Assembly (NCBI GenBank): GCA_011049175.1
Contig: DSCJ01000063.1
Coordinates: forward strand, 5,504 to 69,503
Length of the DNA: 64,000 bases
From: Bacteroidota bacterium
Lineage (GTDB): Bacteria; Bacteroidota; Bacteroidia; Bacteroidales; VadinHA17
Direction: 5' to 3'
Part shown: piece by piece, positions 48,518-59,909 of the stretch
Numbering within the stretch: position 1 is the stretch's first letter
Layout of the letters: each line of letters starts with the position of its first letter
The notes under the pieces: generated by a model
Told to the model about the DNA's origin: nothing
The model's input: the letters and a program-made list of their open reading frames with translations, nothing else
Database searches by the model: none
Translations under genes and position numbers: made by a program

Positions 48518-49303
48518 CTATTTGTTTTTTTGTTCAAGAGCTTCTTCAATAAACCTGAATGTTGACAACACATCTGCCTTTTTCTCATCCACCGCCACTG
48601 CCAGTTCGAAATGGGCAGAAGGCAGATTATCGGCCGTTCTGATGGTCCATCCGTCCTTTGCACCCAGGATATGCTTTTTCCCCATATTGATCATAGGTTC
48701 GATGCATATCACCAGGCCTTTTCTCAGCTTCACCCCCTGGCCCCGGTTACCGTAATTGGGTACTTCGGGAGGCTCATGCAGCTTCGTTCCCAGCCCGTGA
48801 CCCACCAGTTCTCTTACCACAGAATATCCGGCCGATTCGGCGTGGTGCTGTACTGCAAAACTGATATCCCCCACTCGCCTTCCTGCAACGGCCTGCTCAA
48901 TGCCTTTCATCAGGGCTTCCCGGGTAATTCTCAGCAACTTTTTCACCTCTTCACTGACTTTCCCCACTTCAAAGGTATAGGCAGTATCGCCGTAATATCC
49001 GTTCCAGAACACCCCACAATCAACCGAAACGACATCACCCTCTTTCAGTTCGTATGAAGAAGGAATACCGTGCACTACCTCACTGTTGACCGAAGTACAA
49101 AGGGTATTGGGATATCCGTTGTATCCCTTGAACCCCGGTTCTGCCCCGTGGTCACGTATGAACTGCTCGGCAATCCGGTCTAGTTCCAGGGTAGTGATTC
49201 CGGGTCGTATCCACCTGGCTACTTCTGCCAGGGTTTTCGACACCAGAAGGTTGCTTTCCCTGATCAGCCCGATTTCTTCTTCCGAACGTATATTCAACAT
49301 CAA
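48518..49303 (-). CDS. map: type I methionyl aminopeptidase
   Basis: Metal-ligand contexts VSVDCG, GYYGD, VGHGLG and CIEPM are present. The gene lies between secY and infA. Confidence 0.95.
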   Translation of the reverse strand: MMLNIRSEEEIGLIRESNLLVSKTLAEVARWIRPGITTLELDRIAEQFIRDHGAEPGFKGYNGYPNTLCTSVNSEVVHGIPSSYELKEGDVVSVDCGVFWNGYYGDTAYTFEVGKVSEEVKKLLRITREALMKGIEQAVAGRRVGDISFAVQHHAESAGYSVVRELVGHGLGTKLHEPPEVPNYGNRGQGVKLRKGLVICIEPMINMGKKHILGAKDGWTIRTADNLPSAHFELAVAVDEKKADVLSTFRFIEEALEQKNK

Positions 49304-49316
49304 AGAACAACTGCGA

Positions 49317-50654
49317 TTATATGGCGGCGGCAGAGCCGGTCCGCCCTTTTATTCTGCCGGTTTTCATCAGACCGTCGTAATGCCTCATCAGCAAATGACT
49401 TTCCACCTGCTGCAGGGTATCGAGGATCACCCCCACCAGAATCAGCAGAGACGTTCCCCCGTAGAACTGGGCAAACTGCCCGTTTACTCCCACCAGGGCG
49501 GCAAAAGTGGGCATAATGGCTACCAGGGCAAGAAATATGGAGCCGGGCAGTGTGATTCTCGACATGATGGTATCGAGAAATTCTACGGTTTTCCGGCCGG
49601 GTTTCACCCCGGGAATAAAGCCTCCGTTTTTCTTCATATCTTCCGCCATCTGGGTGGGATTAATGGTAATGGCCGTATAAAAATAAGTAAACAAAATGAT
49701 CATAATGGCCATTAGCAGATTATACCAGAATCCGTAAGGATTGGTAAAAGCTGCGGCAAAACCTCTTATGGAATCGGCGGAGGCATAATTGATAAACATC
49801 ATGGGAATGAACATCAATGCCTGGGCAAAGATGATGGGCATCACCCCGGCAGCATTCACCTTCAGGGGAATATACTGCCTTACTCCGCCGTATTGCTTGT
49901 TCCCTACGATCCGTTTGGCATACTGTACAGGTATACGCCGGGTTCCCTGCACCAGCAAAATGGTTCCCATAAACACCATAAACAGGATCACGATCTCCAT
50001 GAGAAAGGCTACCAGTCCTCCGGCCCCGTCAAGCCTCGAAATGAATTCGGCAAACAGGGCAAAGGGCATGCGGGCGATGATCCCGATCATAATGATCAGG
50101 GATATGCCGTTCCCGATTCCCTTGTCGGTAATCCTTTCACCCAGCCACATCACAAACATGGTACCCGACGTAAGAATGATCACCGATGAGACCTGAAAGA
50201 ATACCCCCTTGAGCACAAAAGCCGATTCAGGCAGCTGGGCATGTAGGTTGGCCAGATAGGTTGGAGCCTGGACCACCAGAATCAGTACCGTGAGGTACCG
50301 GGTGATCTGGTTCATTTTCCTCCTACCGCTTTCCCCTTCACGCTGCATGCGCTGAAAATAAGGCACGGCAATGGTAAGCAACTGCACAACGATGGATGCG
50401 GAAATATAGGGCATGATCCCCAGGGCAAAAATGGAAGCATTGGCAAAGGCACCTCCTGAAAACATGTTCAGCAATCCGAGGATTCCCTCGGAAGTTTGCC
50501 TCTGGAGAGCTTCCAGCTGACTGGGATCCACGCCCGGAAGCACCACATACGATCCCAAACGGTATATTAACAGGATACCCAGGGTGTACGTGATCCGGTT
50601 GCGCAGATCTTCAATCTTATAAATATTCTTTATGGTCTCAATGAATGATTTCAT
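49317..50654 (-). CDS. secY: preprotein translocase subunit SecY
   Basis: 445-aa protein with 10 TM helices. The GIMPYISASIVVQLL motif is present. Confidence 0.97.
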   Translation of the reverse strand: MKSFIETIKNIYKIEDLRNRITYTLGILLIYRLGSYVVLPGVDPSQLEALQRQTSEGILGLLNMFSGGAFANASIFALGIMPYISASIVVQLLTIAVPYFQRMQREGESGRRKMNQITRYLTVLILVVQAPTYLANLHAQLPESAFVLKGVFFQVSSVIILTSGTMFVMWLGERITDKGIGNGISLIIMIGIIARMPFALFAEFISRLDGAGGLVAFLMEIVILFMVFMGTILLVQGTRRIPVQYAKRIVGNKQYGGVRQYIPLKVNAAGVMPIIFAQALMFIPMMFINYASADSIRGFAAAFTNPYGFWYNLLMAIMIILFTYFYTAITINPTQMAEDMKKNGGFIPGVKPGRKTVEFLDTIMSRITLPGSIFLALVAIMPTFAALVGVNGQFAQFYGGTSLLILVGVILDTLQQVESHLLMRHYDGLMKTGRIKGRTGSAAAI

Positions 50655-50658
50655 CCAA

Positions 50659-51108
50659 TTACAATTTTACTGCGGTTCCGTCCAAAGCTTCGATGGCCTC
50701 CCGGGCCGATTTTGAAAAGGCATGTGCGGTAACTTCGAGTTTCCGGGTCAGTTTTCCGTTCCCCAGGATCTTGACCATCTGGTTCCTGGAAGCCAGTCCG
50801 GCTTCTACCAGTGTCTGAATATCAATCCTGTCGACCCCTTTCTTCTCGGCCAGGGCTTCCAGAGTACTCAGGTTGATGGCCTTGTATTCCACCCGTCTGA
50901 TATTATGAAATCCGAATTTGGGCAGGCGGCGCTGCAAAGGCATCTGTCCTCCTTCAAATCCGGCCTGACGGGAGTAGCCCGAACGCGATTTCTTTCCCTT
51001 GTGGCCACGGGTGGCGGTACCACCCCTGCCTGAACCCTGTCCGCGTCCAAGTCGCCTTTCGCTTCTGGTGGAACCTTTTGCCGGTTGTAAGTTACTTAAA
51101 TCCGTCAT
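50659..51108 (-). CDS. rplO: 50S ribosomal protein L15
   Basis: The sequence is ...GRGQGSGRGGTATRGHKGKKSRSG... Confidence 0.96.
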   Translation of the reverse strand: MTDLSNLQPAKGSTRSERRLGRGQGSGRGGTATRGHKGKKSRSGYSRQAGFEGGQMPLQRRLPKFGFHNIRRVEYKAINLSTLEALAEKKGVDRIDIQTLVEAGLASRNQMVKILGNGKLTRKLEVTAHAFSKSAREAIEALDGTAVKL

Positions 51109-51117
51109 ATTCTTCCT

Positions 51118-51303
51118 TTATGCTTTTATTTCTTCCGTTGTAACCAGGTGCTTCACCTTATTCACCATACCCAGTATCTGGGGGGTTGCTTCCACTTCTA
51201 CCGTGCTGTCAATCTTTCTCAGCCCCAGAGCCTGCAGGGTGCGTTTCTGGCGCAGTGTACTGCCGATACTGCTTTTTTTCTGTTTGATCCTGATCTTGGC
51301 CAT
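51118..51303 (-). CDS. rpmD: 50S ribosomal protein L30
   Basis: MAKIRIKQKKSSIGSTLRQKRTLQALGLRK... The start at 51303 was chosen by family length (61 aa). The track ORF extends artificially to 51405. Confidence 0.93.
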   Translation of the reverse strand: MAKIRIKQKKSSIGSTLRQKRTLQALGLRKIDSTVEVEATPQILGMVNKVKHLVTTEEIKA

Positions 51304-51322
51304 ATCGTCTGATTTTTCCTTC

Positions 51323-51838
51323 TTATCCGTTAAACACCTTTTGCATGGGAATCCGCCTGTGCTGTGCCACGGTGTATGCATCCCGCAATTCCATAAGGGC
51401 GGCAAAGGTGGCCTTTACCAGGTTGTGGGGGTTGGACGATCCTTTCGATTTGGCCAGTACATTGTGCACACCCACGCTCTCCAGCACCGCACGCATGGCA
51501 CCTCCCGCCTTAACTCCTGTACCCTCGGATGCAGGTTTGAGAAATACCCGTGCTCCCCCATACTTGGCTTCCTGTTCATGAGGAATGGTTCCGCTGATAA
51601 TGGGTACCTGTATGAGGTTCTTCTTGGCATCTTCCACTCCTTTGGCAATAGCCGTGGTCACCTCATTGGCTTTTCCCAGACCATATCCCACGATCCCATC
51701 TTCATTTCCTACCACCACAATGGCAGAAAAGCTGAAGGTACGGCCGCCCTTGGTTACTTTGGTAACCCGCTGGATACTTACGAGCCGGTCTTTTAATTCC
51801 AGATCGCTGGTTTTAACTTTTCTGATGCTTGTCGCCAT
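51323..51838 (-). CDS. rpsE: 30S ribosomal protein S5
   Basis: The sequence is ...[34 protein letters not shown]... Confidence 0.97.
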   Translation of the reverse strand: MATSIRKVKTSDLELKDRLVSIQRVTKVTKGGRTFSFSAIVVVGNEDGIVGYGLGKANEVTTAIAKGVEDAKKNLIQVPIISGTIPHEQEAKYGGARVFLKPASEGTGVKAGGAMRAVLESVGVHNVLAKSKGSSNPHNLVKATFAALMELRDAYTVAQHRRIPMQKVFNG

Positions 51839-51846
51839 AATATATA

Positions 51847-52206
51847 TTAGAATTTTAAACCACCTTCCCTGGCTCCTTCCGCCAGTTGTTTTACACGTCC
51901 GTGATAAAGATATCCGCCCCGGTCAAACACCACCGTTTCAATGCCTTTGTCCTTGCAAAGGGAAGCGATGCGTTTGCCTACCAGGCGTGCCTGTTCAGCT
52001 TTCTTCATCTTGCCCTGTTCGGCCACTTCCCTGTCAAGGGAGGAGGCAGCCACCAGGGTTTTTCCTGCCGTATCATCAATGATCTGCACATAGATCTGTT
52101 TGTTGCTTCTGAACACCGACATCCGGGGCTTCTGGCTGTTTCCGGAAATGGTTTTCCTGATCCTTTTCCGGATGCGGCTTCTTCTTTCTATTTTCGTTAA
52201 GGCCAT
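51847..52206 (-). CDS. rplR: 50S ribosomal protein L18
   Basis: The sequence is ...[19 protein letters not shown]...[26 protein letters not shown]. Confidence 0.96.
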   Translation of the reverse strand: MALTKIERRSRIRKRIRKTISGNSQKPRMSVFRSNKQIYVQIIDDTAGKTLVAASSLDREVAEQGKMKKAEQARLVGKRIASLCKDKGIETVVFDRGGYLYHGRVKQLAEGAREGGLKF

Positions 52207-52228
52207 GGTCCTTTACTAATTTATCAGA

Positions 52229-52783
52229 TTAAACACTGGCGGCTTTACCTGCCTTCCTTCTCACCTGTTCACCCACATACCTTATGCCCTTGCCTTTGTA
52301 TGGTTCGGGTGGCCTGAGGCTGCGTATCTTTGAGGCAACATGTCCCAGCAGCTGCTTGTCGTGGCTTTTTAGGGTGATCACCGGATTGCTTCTTTTTTCC
52401 GTTTTGGCTTCCACCTTGATCTCCGGTGGCAGCTCGAACACAACATCGTGGGAATAACCCAGGCTGAGCTCCAGAAGCTGCCCTTTGGCCTCGGCACGGT
52501 ATCCAACACCTACCAGTTCCTGCTGAACGGTAAATCCTTCCGACACACCCACCACCATGTTGTAGATCAATGAACGGTAAAGTCCGTGCATAGACTTATG
52601 CCTTTTTTCCTCGGAAGGCCTCTCCAACACTATCTCTCCTTCTTTCACCTGCACTTTGATAACAGGATCGACCTGTTGTTTCAGCTCTCCCAGCGGACCT
52701 TTTACGGTCACCAGATTGTTGCCGTCAATGTCGACGGTAACACCCGATGGTATGGGAATGGGCAGTTTTCCTATACGTGACAT
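52229..52783 (-). CDS. rplF: 50S ribosomal protein L6
   Basis: The sequence is MSRIGKLPIPIPSGVTV...YKGKGIRY. Confidence 0.97.
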   Translation of the reverse strand: MSRIGKLPIPIPSGVTVDIDGNNLVTVKGPLGELKQQVDPVIKVQVKEGEIVLERPSEEKRHKSMHGLYRSLIYNMVVGVSEGFTVQQELVGVGYRAEAKGQLLELSLGYSHDVVFELPPEIKVEAKTEKRSNPVITLKSHDKQLLGHVASKIRSLRPPEPYKGKGIRYVGEQVRRKAGKAASV

Positions 52784-52801
52784 GGATTTCTCCTCTTTAT
52801 T

Positions 52802-53197
52802 TTAATAAACATAACACAACACTTCACCACCAATATTTTTAACCCGGGCTTCCTTGTCGGTCATCACACCCTGTGAGGTTGAAATGACAGCAATGCCAAG
52901 CCCGTTGAGCACTCGAGGCAATTTATCGGCTCCGGAATATTTACGCAATCCCGGCCGGCTGGCCCTTTCCAGCGATTTAATGGCAGGGGCTTTGGTTTCG
53001 GGATGGTACTTCAGGGCAATCTTGATGGTGCCCTGAGGGCCTTCCTCCTCAAATTTGTAACTCAGGATATAACCCTTTTCATAAAGAATGCGGGTGATAT
53101 CCTTTTTCATATTTGAAGCCGGAATTTCTACCACTTTATGCCTGGCCATAACGGCATTCCGTATCCGGGTCAAATAGTCTGCAATGGGGTCTGTCAT
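52802..53197 (-). CDS. rpsH: 30S ribosomal protein S8
   Basis: The sequence is [15 protein letters not shown]...GGEVLCYVY. Confidence 0.97.
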   Translation of the reverse strand: MTDPIADYLTRIRNAVMARHKVVEIPASNMKKDITRILYEKGYILSYKFEEEGPQGTIKIALKYHPETKAPAIKSLERASRPGLRKYSGADKLPRVLNGLGIAVISTSQGVMTDKEARVKNIGGEVLCYVY

Positions 53198-53238
53198 TTT
53201 CTTTCCTGTTATTTAAATTCCTGTACCCTGATTATGAA

Positions 53239-53508
53239 TTACCAGCTGGCCTTTTTAATGCCCGGAATCAAACCGGTATTGGCCATTTCACGAAAGGTAA
53301 TACGGCTGATGCCAAACTGCCGGATATATCCTTTGGGCCGTCCGGTCAACTTGCACCGGTTATGCAACCTGATGCGGCTGGAATTTCGGGGCAACCTGCT
53401 CAGAGCCTGGTAATCCCCTTCGGCCTTAAGCCTGGCACGCCTGGCAGCATATTTGTCAACCAGTTTCTGCCGCTTGATCTCGCGGGCTTTCATGGATTCT
53501 TTTGCCAT
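53239..53508 (-). CDS. rpsN: 30S ribosomal protein S14 (long form)
   Basis: The sequence is [13 protein letters not shown]...[23 protein letters not shown]. Confidence 0.96.
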   Translation of the reverse strand: MAKESMKAREIKRQKLVDKYAARRARLKAEGDYQALSRLPRNSSRIRLHNRCKLTGRPKGYIRQFGISRITFREMANTGLIPGIKKASW

Positions 53509-53510
53509 AA

Positions 53511-54068
53511 TCAGTTTCTTTTAATATCCTTGAACGGTAAACCAAATTCACGCAACAGGGCGTATCCTTCCTCGTCGGTACGGGCAGTGGTTACAAAAGT
53601 AATCTCCATGCCCAGTATTTTATTGATCTTGTCAATGTCGATTTCGGGAAATATAATATGTTCAGTAATGCCCAAGGTATAATTCCCTTTCCCGTCAAAA
53701 CGGGTGCTTACTCCCTTGAAATCCCTGATTCTGGGAAGGGCTACATTGATGAGCCTTTCAAGGAATTCATACATGCGGTCCCGGCGAAGGGTCACCTTCA
53801 CGCCGATGGGCATTTTTCTCCTCAGCTTGAAATTGGATATATCCTTGGTAGCCACCGTTTGCACGGCTTTCTGGCCGGCAATCAACGACAGTTCCTCCTG
53901 GGCCACGTCTACCAGCTTCTTGTCTGACACGGCCTGACCAACTCCCTGATTGAGCACGATCTTGCTCAGCCTGGGCACCTGCATTACCGATTTGTAATTA
54001 AATTCCTTCTGCAGGGCAGGAATGATCTCTTCCTGATACTTCCGTTGAAGATTCGGTTTGTAATCCAT
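53511..54068 (-). CDS. rplE: 50S ribosomal protein L5
   Basis: The sequence is ...[14 protein letters not shown]...FPEIDIDKI... Confidence 0.97.
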   Translation of the reverse strand: MDYKPNLQRKYQEEIIPALQKEFNYKSVMQVPRLSKIVLNQGVGQAVSDKKLVDVAQEELSLIAGQKAVQTVATKDISNFKLRRKMPIGVKVTLRRDRMYEFLERLINVALPRIRDFKGVSTRFDGKGNYTLGITEHIIFPEIDIDKINKILGMEITFVTTARTDEEGYALLREFGLPFKDIKRN

Positions 54069-54391
54069 TATTTAATCTCCTCTCCAGATTTTTTTGCGTA
54101 CCGAACAAGTTTATTATCCTTCCCGGGGCGGCGACCGATCCTTGTTGGCTCACCGGTTGAGGGATCAACCAGGTTGAGGTTCGAAATATGGACCGGGGCT
54201 TCTTTTTTGATAATGCCTCCCTGGGGATTCTGTGCATTGGGCTTGGTGTGGCGGGAAACCATGTTGACCCCTTCCACCAGTGCCTTCTGTTTGTCTGGAT
54301 ATACTTCCAGCACTTTCCCCTGCTGGCCCTTGTATTCGCCGGTATTCACGTACACCGTGTCGCCCTTCTTGATATGCAGTTTCTTACTCAT
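54068..54391 (-). CDS. rplX: 50S ribosomal protein L24
   Basis: [30 protein letters not shown] contains the KOW motif. ATG 54391 is preferred by family N-terminus. An alternative ATG lies at 54403. Confidence 0.94.
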   Translation of the reverse strand: MSKKLHIKKGDTVYVNTGEYKGQQGKVLEVYPDKQKALVEGVNMVSRHTKPNAQNPQGGIIKKEAPVHISNLNLVDPSTGEPTRIGRRPGKDNKLVRYAKKSGEEIK

Positions 54392-54411
54392 TTTCCTGTT
54401 CATTATGTTGA

Positions 54412-54777
54412 TTAGAGCACTTCGGGTGCCAGTGAAATGATTTTCATATACTTATCACGCAATTCTCTGGGCACAGGCCCGAAAATACGTGTTCCACGCA
54501 TTTCATCCAGATTGTTCAGCAACACCACGGCATTGTCGTCGAACCGGATATATGAACCATCCTGTCGTCTGATCTCCTTTTTGGTACGTACCACCACGGC
54601 CTTGCTGACAGTTCCCTTTTTGATATCTCCCGATGGCAGGGCACTCTTGACAGTCACCACCACCTTGTCGCCCACACTGGCATATTTCCTCCGTGTTCCG
54701 CCCAGGACACGGATGACCAGCACCTCCTTGGCGCCACTGTTATCGGCTACGGCCAGCCTGCTTTCTTGTTGTATCAT
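54412..54777 (-). CDS. rplN: 50S ribosomal protein L14
   Basis: The sequence is [27 protein letters not shown]... Confidence 0.97.
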   Translation of the reverse strand: MIQQESRLAVADNSGAKEVLVIRVLGGTRRKYASVGDKVVVTVKSALPSGDIKKGTVSKAVVVRTKKEIRRQDGSYIRFDDNAVVLLNNLDEMRGTRIFGPVPRELRDKYMKIISLAPEVL

Positions 54778-54779
54778 GG

Positions 54780-55037
54780 TTATTTTGCTCTTTCAATAAT
54801 TTCAACTAATCTCCAGTTCTTGTTTTTGCTGAGTGGACGCGTTTCCATGATGCGGACGGTATCCCCCACATTACAGGTATTCTCTTCATCGTGCGCCATA
54901 AACCGGGTGGTCTTCTTGACGAACTTCCCGTAAATGGGGTGCTTCATTTTGCGGTTCACAGCAATCACAATGGTTTTATCCATTTTGTTGCTGATCACAA
55001 CGCCAATCCTCTCTTTGCGTAAATTCCTTTTTTCCAT
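54780..55037 (-). CDS. rpsQ: 30S ribosomal protein S17
   Basis: The sequence is ...[18 protein letters not shown]...[23 protein letters not shown]. Confidence 0.96.
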   Translation of the reverse strand: MEKRNLRKERIGVVISNKMDKTIVIAVNRKMKHPIYGKFVKKTTRFMAHDEENTCNVGDTVRIMETRPLSKNKNWRLVEIIERAK

Positions 55038-55045
55038 CGGAGTAC

Positions 55046-55255
55046 TTAACTATTGTTTTTTACTTCCTCTCTTTTCCGCTTGTTCAGCTCGGTTTTGAGC
55101 CGGGCTATTGTTCTGCGGGTGTGCATAATCTTATGGGGATTGTCAAGCGGAGTAATGGCATGATTCAACCTGAGCTTGGCCAGGTAGCTCCTCTCATTAT
55201 CAATCCTTTCTTCCAGTTCCTTGGTATTCAGTTCCCTGATCTCTGAATTCTTCAT
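55046..55255 (-). CDS. rpmC: 50S ribosomal protein L29
   Basis: 69-aa helical protein, [18 protein letters not shown]... It lies between L16 and S17. Confidence 0.93.
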   Translation of the reverse strand: MKNSEIRELNTKELEERIDNERSYLAKLRLNHAITPLDNPHKIMHTRRTIARLKTELNKRKREEVKNNS

Positions 55256-55260
55256 GACCT

Positions 55261-55689
55261 CTAGTTGATTTTTTCTTCATAATCACGGCGCACCACAAAC
55301 TTCGTGGTGATGGGCAGTTTCTGGGCACCCAGCCTGAGAGCCTCCCGGGCCACTTCATAGGGTACTCCCTCGGCCTCCAGGATTATCCGTCCGGGGGTAA
55401 CGGGAGCCACGAATCCTTCCGGTGCTCCTTTTCCTTTACCCATCCTCACTTCGGCAGGTTTCTTGGTAATGGGCTTGTCGGGGAAAATGCGGATCCATAT
55501 CTGCCCTTCACGTTTCATGTACCGGGTAATAGCCTGCCTGGCTGCTTCGATCTGCCTTCCGGTTATCCATGATTCCTCCAGGGCTTTGATGCCGAATGAC
55601 CCGAATGCCAGCTGATTCCCCCGCTGGGCATTCCCCTTCATCCTGCCTTTCTGCTGTCTTCTGTATTTTGTTTTTTTCGGCTGTAACAT
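55261..55689 (-). CDS. rplP: 50S ribosomal protein L16
   Basis: The sequence is [19 protein letters not shown]...[10 protein letters not shown]. Confidence 0.97.
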   Translation of the reverse strand: MLQPKKTKYRRQQKGRMKGNAQRGNQLAFGSFGIKALEESWITGRQIEAARQAITRYMKREGQIWIRIFPDKPITKKPAEVRMGKGKGAPEGFVAPVTPGRIILEAEGVPYEVAREALRLGAQKLPITTKFVVRRDYEEKIN

Positions 55690-55725
55690 AACAATCGCTA
55701 TTTGTTTCCGGCAAACCGGCGTATC

Positions 55726-56421
55726 TTATTTCCTTCTTTTCTTGAATCCTTTCGGACGGGCACTTTTCACTCCAATATTGGGAGACAGGTCGCGCTTTCC
55801 AAACACCTCCCCCTTGCAAATCCACACTTTTACTCCGATGAGTCCCACCTTGGTGAGGGCTTCGGCCAGGGCATAATCAATATCGGCCCGGAACGTGTGC
55901 AAAGGGATCCTGCCTTCCTTATAGGTTTCATTCCTGGCCATTTCGGCTCCGCCCAGCCGGCCCGCTACCTGGATCTTGATCCCTTCGGCTCCCATACGCA
56001 TGGTGGAAGCAATGGCCATTTTAATGGCCCGGCGGTAAGAAATCTTTCCCTCAATCTGGCGGGCCACATTGTTGGCTACGATGGTGGCATCCAGCTCGGG
56101 ACGTTTTACCTCGAATATATTGATCTGAACCTCCTTGTTGGTAATCTTCTTGAGCTCTTCCTTCAGCTTGTCCACTTCCTGTCCGCCTTTCCCGATAATG
56201 ATCCCCGGACGGGCAGTATTGACCGTTACGGTAATGAGCTTCAGGGTGCGCTCGATCACGATCTTGGAAATGCTGGCCTTGGCCAGCCTGGCGTTCAGGT
56301 ATTCCCTGATCTTATTGTCTTCAACCAGCTTGTCGGCATACCGATTGCCGCCATACCAGTTGGAATCCCACCCTTTAATGATCCCAAGACGATTACCTAT
56401 TGGATTGACTTTCTGTCCCAT
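55726..56421 (-). CDS. rpsC: 30S ribosomal protein S3
   Basis: [14 protein letters not shown]... is followed by a KH domain and the S3 C-terminal domain. Confidence 0.97.
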   Translation of the reverse strand: MGQKVNPIGNRLGIIKGWDSNWYGGNRYADKLVEDNKIREYLNARLAKASISKIVIERTLKLITVTVNTARPGIIIGKGGQEVDKLKEELKKITNKEVQINIFEVKRPELDATIVANNVARQIEGKISYRRAIKMAIASTMRMGAEGIKIQVAGRLGGAEMARNETYKEGRIPLHTFRADIDYALAEALTKVGLIGVKVWICKGEVFGKRDLSPNIGVKSARPKGFKKRRK

Positions 56422-56427
56422 GTATGC

Positions 56428-56871
56428 TTATTTCTTGTTTGTTTCTTCTGTTTCGACCGGTTCGGTGGCTTCCGCCAGGTTCATGCTGTCAAGCACCACC
56501 GTCACATGATTGGAACGCTTCCTGATCCGGTGGGCACGCCCCTGCGGTGCCGGACGTAACCGTTTCAGTGTTCTGGCCTGATCAACATATATTTCTTTGA
56601 TATACAGGTTGCTCTCTTCAATCCTTACCCCTTCGTTCTTGACCTGCCAGTTGGCAATGGCCGACATAACCAGTTTCTCCAGCCGGCGTGAAGCTTCCTT
56701 TGATGAATACTTCAGCAGATCAAGTGCCCTGTTCACTTCCACTCCCCTGATCATATCGGCTACCAGCCGCATTTTTCGCGGAGAGGTCGGGCAGTCTTTC
56801 AAAACGGCAACATATTTGTTCTTACGTTCTTCCTTCAGCTGATTGGCTCTGTTTCTTTTTCTTGCACCCAT
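56428..56871 (-). CDS. rplV: 50S ribosomal protein L22
   Basis: The sequence is ...[17 protein letters not shown]... Confidence 0.95.
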   Translation of the reverse strand: MGARKRNRANQLKEERKNKYVAVLKDCPTSPRKMRLVADMIRGVEVNRALDLLKYSSKEASRRLEKLVMSAIANWQVKNEGVRIEESNLYIKEIYVDQARTLKRLRPAPQGRAHRIRKRSNHVTVVLDSMNLAEATEPVETEETNKK

Positions 56872-56904
56872 TGGTTTGGTTTTAAGAAGTTTTCAAAGGG
56901 CTTA

Positions 56905-57171
56905 TTATTTCTGCTTGCCTCCATGCCCGCGCCATGTACGGGTAGGCGCAAATTCGCCCAGCTTGTGTCCCACCATGTTCTCGGTAATATACACCGGGAT
57001 AAATTTGTTCCCGTTGTATACCGCCACGGTGTGGCCCACAAAATCAGGAGAGATCATGGAACGCCTTGACCAGGTCTTGATCACCGTTTTCTTCCCCGAC
57101 TGATTCATTTCGAGGATGCGCTTCTCCAGTTTATAATCGATAAACGGGCCTTTTTTCAACGATCTGCTCAT
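56905..57171 (-). CDS. rpsS: 30S ribosomal protein S19
   Basis: The sequence is [15 protein letters not shown]...[11 protein letters not shown]. Confidence 0.97.
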   Translation of the reverse strand: MSRSLKKGPFIDYKLEKRILEMNQSGKKTVIKTWSRRSMISPDFVGHTVAVYNGNKFIPVYITENMVGHKLGEFAPTRTWRGHGGKQK

Positions 57172-57173
57172 GA

Positions 57174-58001
57174 TTATTTCGATTTTCTCCTTTCCACGAT
57201 GTACTTGTTCGAGGTTTTGTTCTTCTTCCGTGTTTTATATCCCTTGGCAGGCAATCCCTTGCGTGAACGGGGGTGTCCGCCCGAAGCGCGTCCCTCGCCA
57301 CCTCCCATGGGATGATCAACGGGGTTCATGGCCACGCCACGAACCCGTGGTCTTCTGCCCTTCCAACGGCTTCTTCCGGCCTTACCCGATTTTTCCAGGG
57401 CATGATCGGAATTCGACACTGCACCCACAGTGGCTTTACAGGTGGTAAGTACCATCCGCGATTCGCCGCTGGGCAGTTTTACAATGGCGTATTTCCCGTC
57501 GCGGGAGGTGAGTTGGGCATACGATCCGGCACTGCGGGCCAGGCTGGCTCCTTTTCCAGGCTTCATTTCAATACCGTGAATAATGGTTCCCAGGGGAATA
57601 TCCGAAAGGTACAGGGTATTCCCTATCTCGGGAGCAATGTCCCTGCCGGATATCACTTTCTGCCCCACCTGAAGTCCGTTGGGGGCCAGAATATACCTTT
57701 TTTCACCGTCTTCGTATACCAGCCGGGCAATCCTTGCCGTACGGTTGGGATCGTATTCAATGCTTTTCACCGTAGCGGGGATCCCGTCCTTATCACGCTT
57801 GAAATCGATCAGCCGGTACCTCCTTTTGTGACCGCCTCCCACGTAACGCATGGTCATTTTTCCATTGCTGTTCCGGCCGCCTGATTTTTTCAGGGGTCTC
57901 AGCAACGATTTATCAGGACGCGTCTCCGTAATCGAATCAAAGGCACTGATGATCTTATGCCTTTGCCCGGGAGTAATCGGTTTTAGTTTTCGTACTGCCA
58001 T
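57174..58001 (-). CDS. rplB: 50S ribosomal protein L2
   Basis: The sequence is [15 protein letters not shown]...[13 protein letters not shown]. Confidence 0.97.
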   Translation of the reverse strand: MAVRKLKPITPGQRHKIISAFDSITETRPDKSLLRPLKKSGGRNSNGKMTMRYVGGGHKRRYRLIDFKRDKDGIPATVKSIEYDPNRTARIARLVYEDGEKRYILAPNGLQVGQKVISGRDIAPEIGNTLYLSDIPLGTIIHGIEMKPGKGASLARSAGSYAQLTSRDGKYAIVKLPSGESRMVLTTCKATVGAVSNSDHALEKSGKAGRSRWKGRRPRVRGVAMNPVDHPMGGGEGRASGGHPRSRKGLPAKGYKTRKKNKTSNKYIVERRKSK

Positions 58002-58007
58002 GACTCA

Positions 58008-58298
58008 TCAAATATTGCTGTAGAAATCAATTGTATCTCCTTCGGCCAGGGTAACCACCGCCTTTTTATACGATGCTGTTTTCCCTTCCTGTATCCCTGA
58101 CCGGGTATAACGGGATTTCAGTTTTCCTCCATACCGCATGGTATTCACCGCCTGTACCTTCACCCCGTACATTTCTTCAATGGTCTTCCTGATCTGAAGC
58201 TTGTTGGCCCTTTTATCCACAATGAACCCGTAACGATTCAATGTTTCACCCTGGGCGGTCATCTTCTCAGTAACGATGGGTTTTATTAAAATATCCAT
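58008..58298 (-). CDS. rplW: 50S ribosomal protein L23
   Basis: The sequence is MDILIKPIVTEKMTAQ... ATG 58298 was chosen. The track start at 58322 is a TTG that would overlap rplD. Confidence 0.94.
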   Translation of the reverse strand: MDILIKPIVTEKMTAQGETLNRYGFIVDKRANKLQIRKTIEEMYGVKVQAVNTMRYGGKLKSRYTRSGIQEGKTASYKKAVVTLAEGDTIDFYSNI

Positions 58299-58308
58299 GT
58301 GTGTATGA

Positions 58309-58941
58309 TTACTGAATTCCAAATTGCCTGTTCAAAAGGTCGATCGAACTTTCCATAAAGACCAGAGTGCCTGCATCGAGTATGTCGTAAGTATTTAACT
58401 CCTCGACAGTTACAACTTTGGTCCCCGGCAAATTTCGAGACGACAAATATAGGTTTTTATTCTTTTCGGATAAAACAAAGAGCGACTTTTTCCCGTCGAT
58501 CTTGAGGTTTTTGTTCACATCGGCGAATTCACGGGTTTTCGGAGCATCCAGGCTCCAGTCTTCCACCACCATAATTCCTTTTTCCCGGGCCTTGTATGTC
58601 AGGGCCGATTTTCTGGCCAGACGCTTTACCTTCCGGTTCAGCTTGAAACCATAGAAACGGGGACGGGGGCCGAACACACGTCCGCCCCCCCTGAATATGG
58701 GGTTTTTGATATCCCCGAAACGGGCCGTGCCCGTTCCCTTCTGTCTTTTGATCTTCCGGGTGCTGCCAGCCACTTCGGAACGCTCTTTGGATTTGTGTGT
58801 TCCCTGGCGCTTATTCGCCATGAACTGCTTTGCATCCAGATAAATGGCGTGGTCGTTGGGTTCGATCTCAAAGATCTCCTTCCTGAGTTCCACTTTCTTT
58901 CCGGTATCTTCGCCGGATTTGTTGTAAACCGCTACTTTCAT
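58309..58941 (-). CDS. rplD: 50S ribosomal protein L4
   Basis: The sequence is ...[36 protein letters not shown]... Confidence 0.97.
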   Translation of the reverse strand: MKVAVYNKSGEDTGKKVELRKEIFEIEPNDHAIYLDAKQFMANKRQGTHKSKERSEVAGSTRKIKRQKGTGTARFGDIKNPIFRGGGRVFGPRPRFYGFKLNRKVKRLARKSALTYKAREKGIMVVEDWSLDAPKTREFADVNKNLKIDGKKSLFVLSEKNKNLYLSSRNLPGTKVVTVEELNTYDILDAGTLVFMESSIDLLNRQFGIQ

Positions 58942-59558
58942 TACTTCTCAATAATTAAGTATGAACCATTGGCTCCGGGTACCGAGCCCTGCACCACCAA
59001 CAGGTTTTCCTCCGGGATCAGTTTCACCACCCGCAGGTTGATCATTTTTACTTTCCGGTTACCGGTCTGGCCTGCCATCCGCATACCTTTCAGCACCCTG
59101 GAAGGATAGGAAGAAGCGCCCAGTGATCCGGGGGCTCTGTTCCTGTTATGCTGTCCGTGGGTTTGATCGCCAACCCCCCGGAATCCGTGACGCTTGACCA
59201 CTCCCTGGAAACCTTTTCCCCTGGTAAGGCCTGAAATATCCAGCCAGGTATCGTCGCTGAAATATTCTACTGTAATGCGGTCACCCACTTTCCAGTCGCG
59301 CACAAAACCCTTCAGTTCGATTACTTTTCTTTTGGGACCGGTATTGGCCTTTTTGAAATGACCTATCTCCGCCTTGTTGGAATGCTTTTCTTTCTTATCT
59401 TCATACGACAGTTGAACGGCATTGTATCCGTCTTTCTCCACCGTTTTGATCTGTGACACCACATTGGGTTTTACCTCGATCACCGTACAGGCCATGTTCT
59501 TTCCTGCTCCGTTGAAAACCGAGGTCATTCCTATTTTTTTACCTATTAATCCTGGCAT
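58941..59558 (-). CDS. rplC: 50S ribosomal protein L3
   Basis: The sequence is [15 protein letters not shown]...[13 protein letters not shown]. Confidence 0.97.
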   Translation of the reverse strand: MPGLIGKKIGMTSVFNGAGKNMACTVIEVKPNVVSQIKTVEKDGYNAVQLSYEDKKEKHSNKAEIGHFKKANTGPKRKVIELKGFVRDWKVGDRITVEYFSDDTWLDISGLTRGKGFQGVVKRHGFRGVGDQTHGQHNRNRAPGSLGASSYPSRVLKGMRMAGQTGNRKVKMINLRVVKLIPEENLLVVQGSVPGANGSYLIIEK

Positions 59559-59585
59559 TTCAGTATATTTATCTGTCTAATCCTG

Positions 59586-59891
59586 TCAAACTTTAATTTC
59601 CACTTCCACCCCACTGGGCAGCTCAAGCTTCATCAGGGCATCGATTGTCTTGGGTGTAGAACTGTAAATATCCAGAAGCCTTTTGTAAGAGGACAACTGG
59701 AACTGCTCCCTCGATTTCTTGTTCACAAAAGGGGAACGCAAAACCGTATAAATCCGCTTGTGCGTAGGCAGAGGTATGGGTCCACTAACAACGGCCCCGG
59801 TTGATTTGACCGTTTTCACGATCTTTTCTGCAGATTTATCGACCAGGTTATGGTCGTACGATTTCAATTTGATTCTGATCTTCTGGCTCAT
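59586..59891 (-). CDS. rpsJ: 30S ribosomal protein S10
   Basis: The sequence is [25 protein letters not shown]... Confidence 0.97.
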   Translation of the reverse strand: MSQKIRIKLKSYDHNLVDKSAEKIVKTVKSTGAVVSGPIPLPTHKRIYTVLRSPFVNKKSREQFQLSSYKRLLDIYSSTPKTIDALMKLELPSGVEVEIKV

Positions 59892-59909
59892 CTTTCAGTA
59901 TACATAATA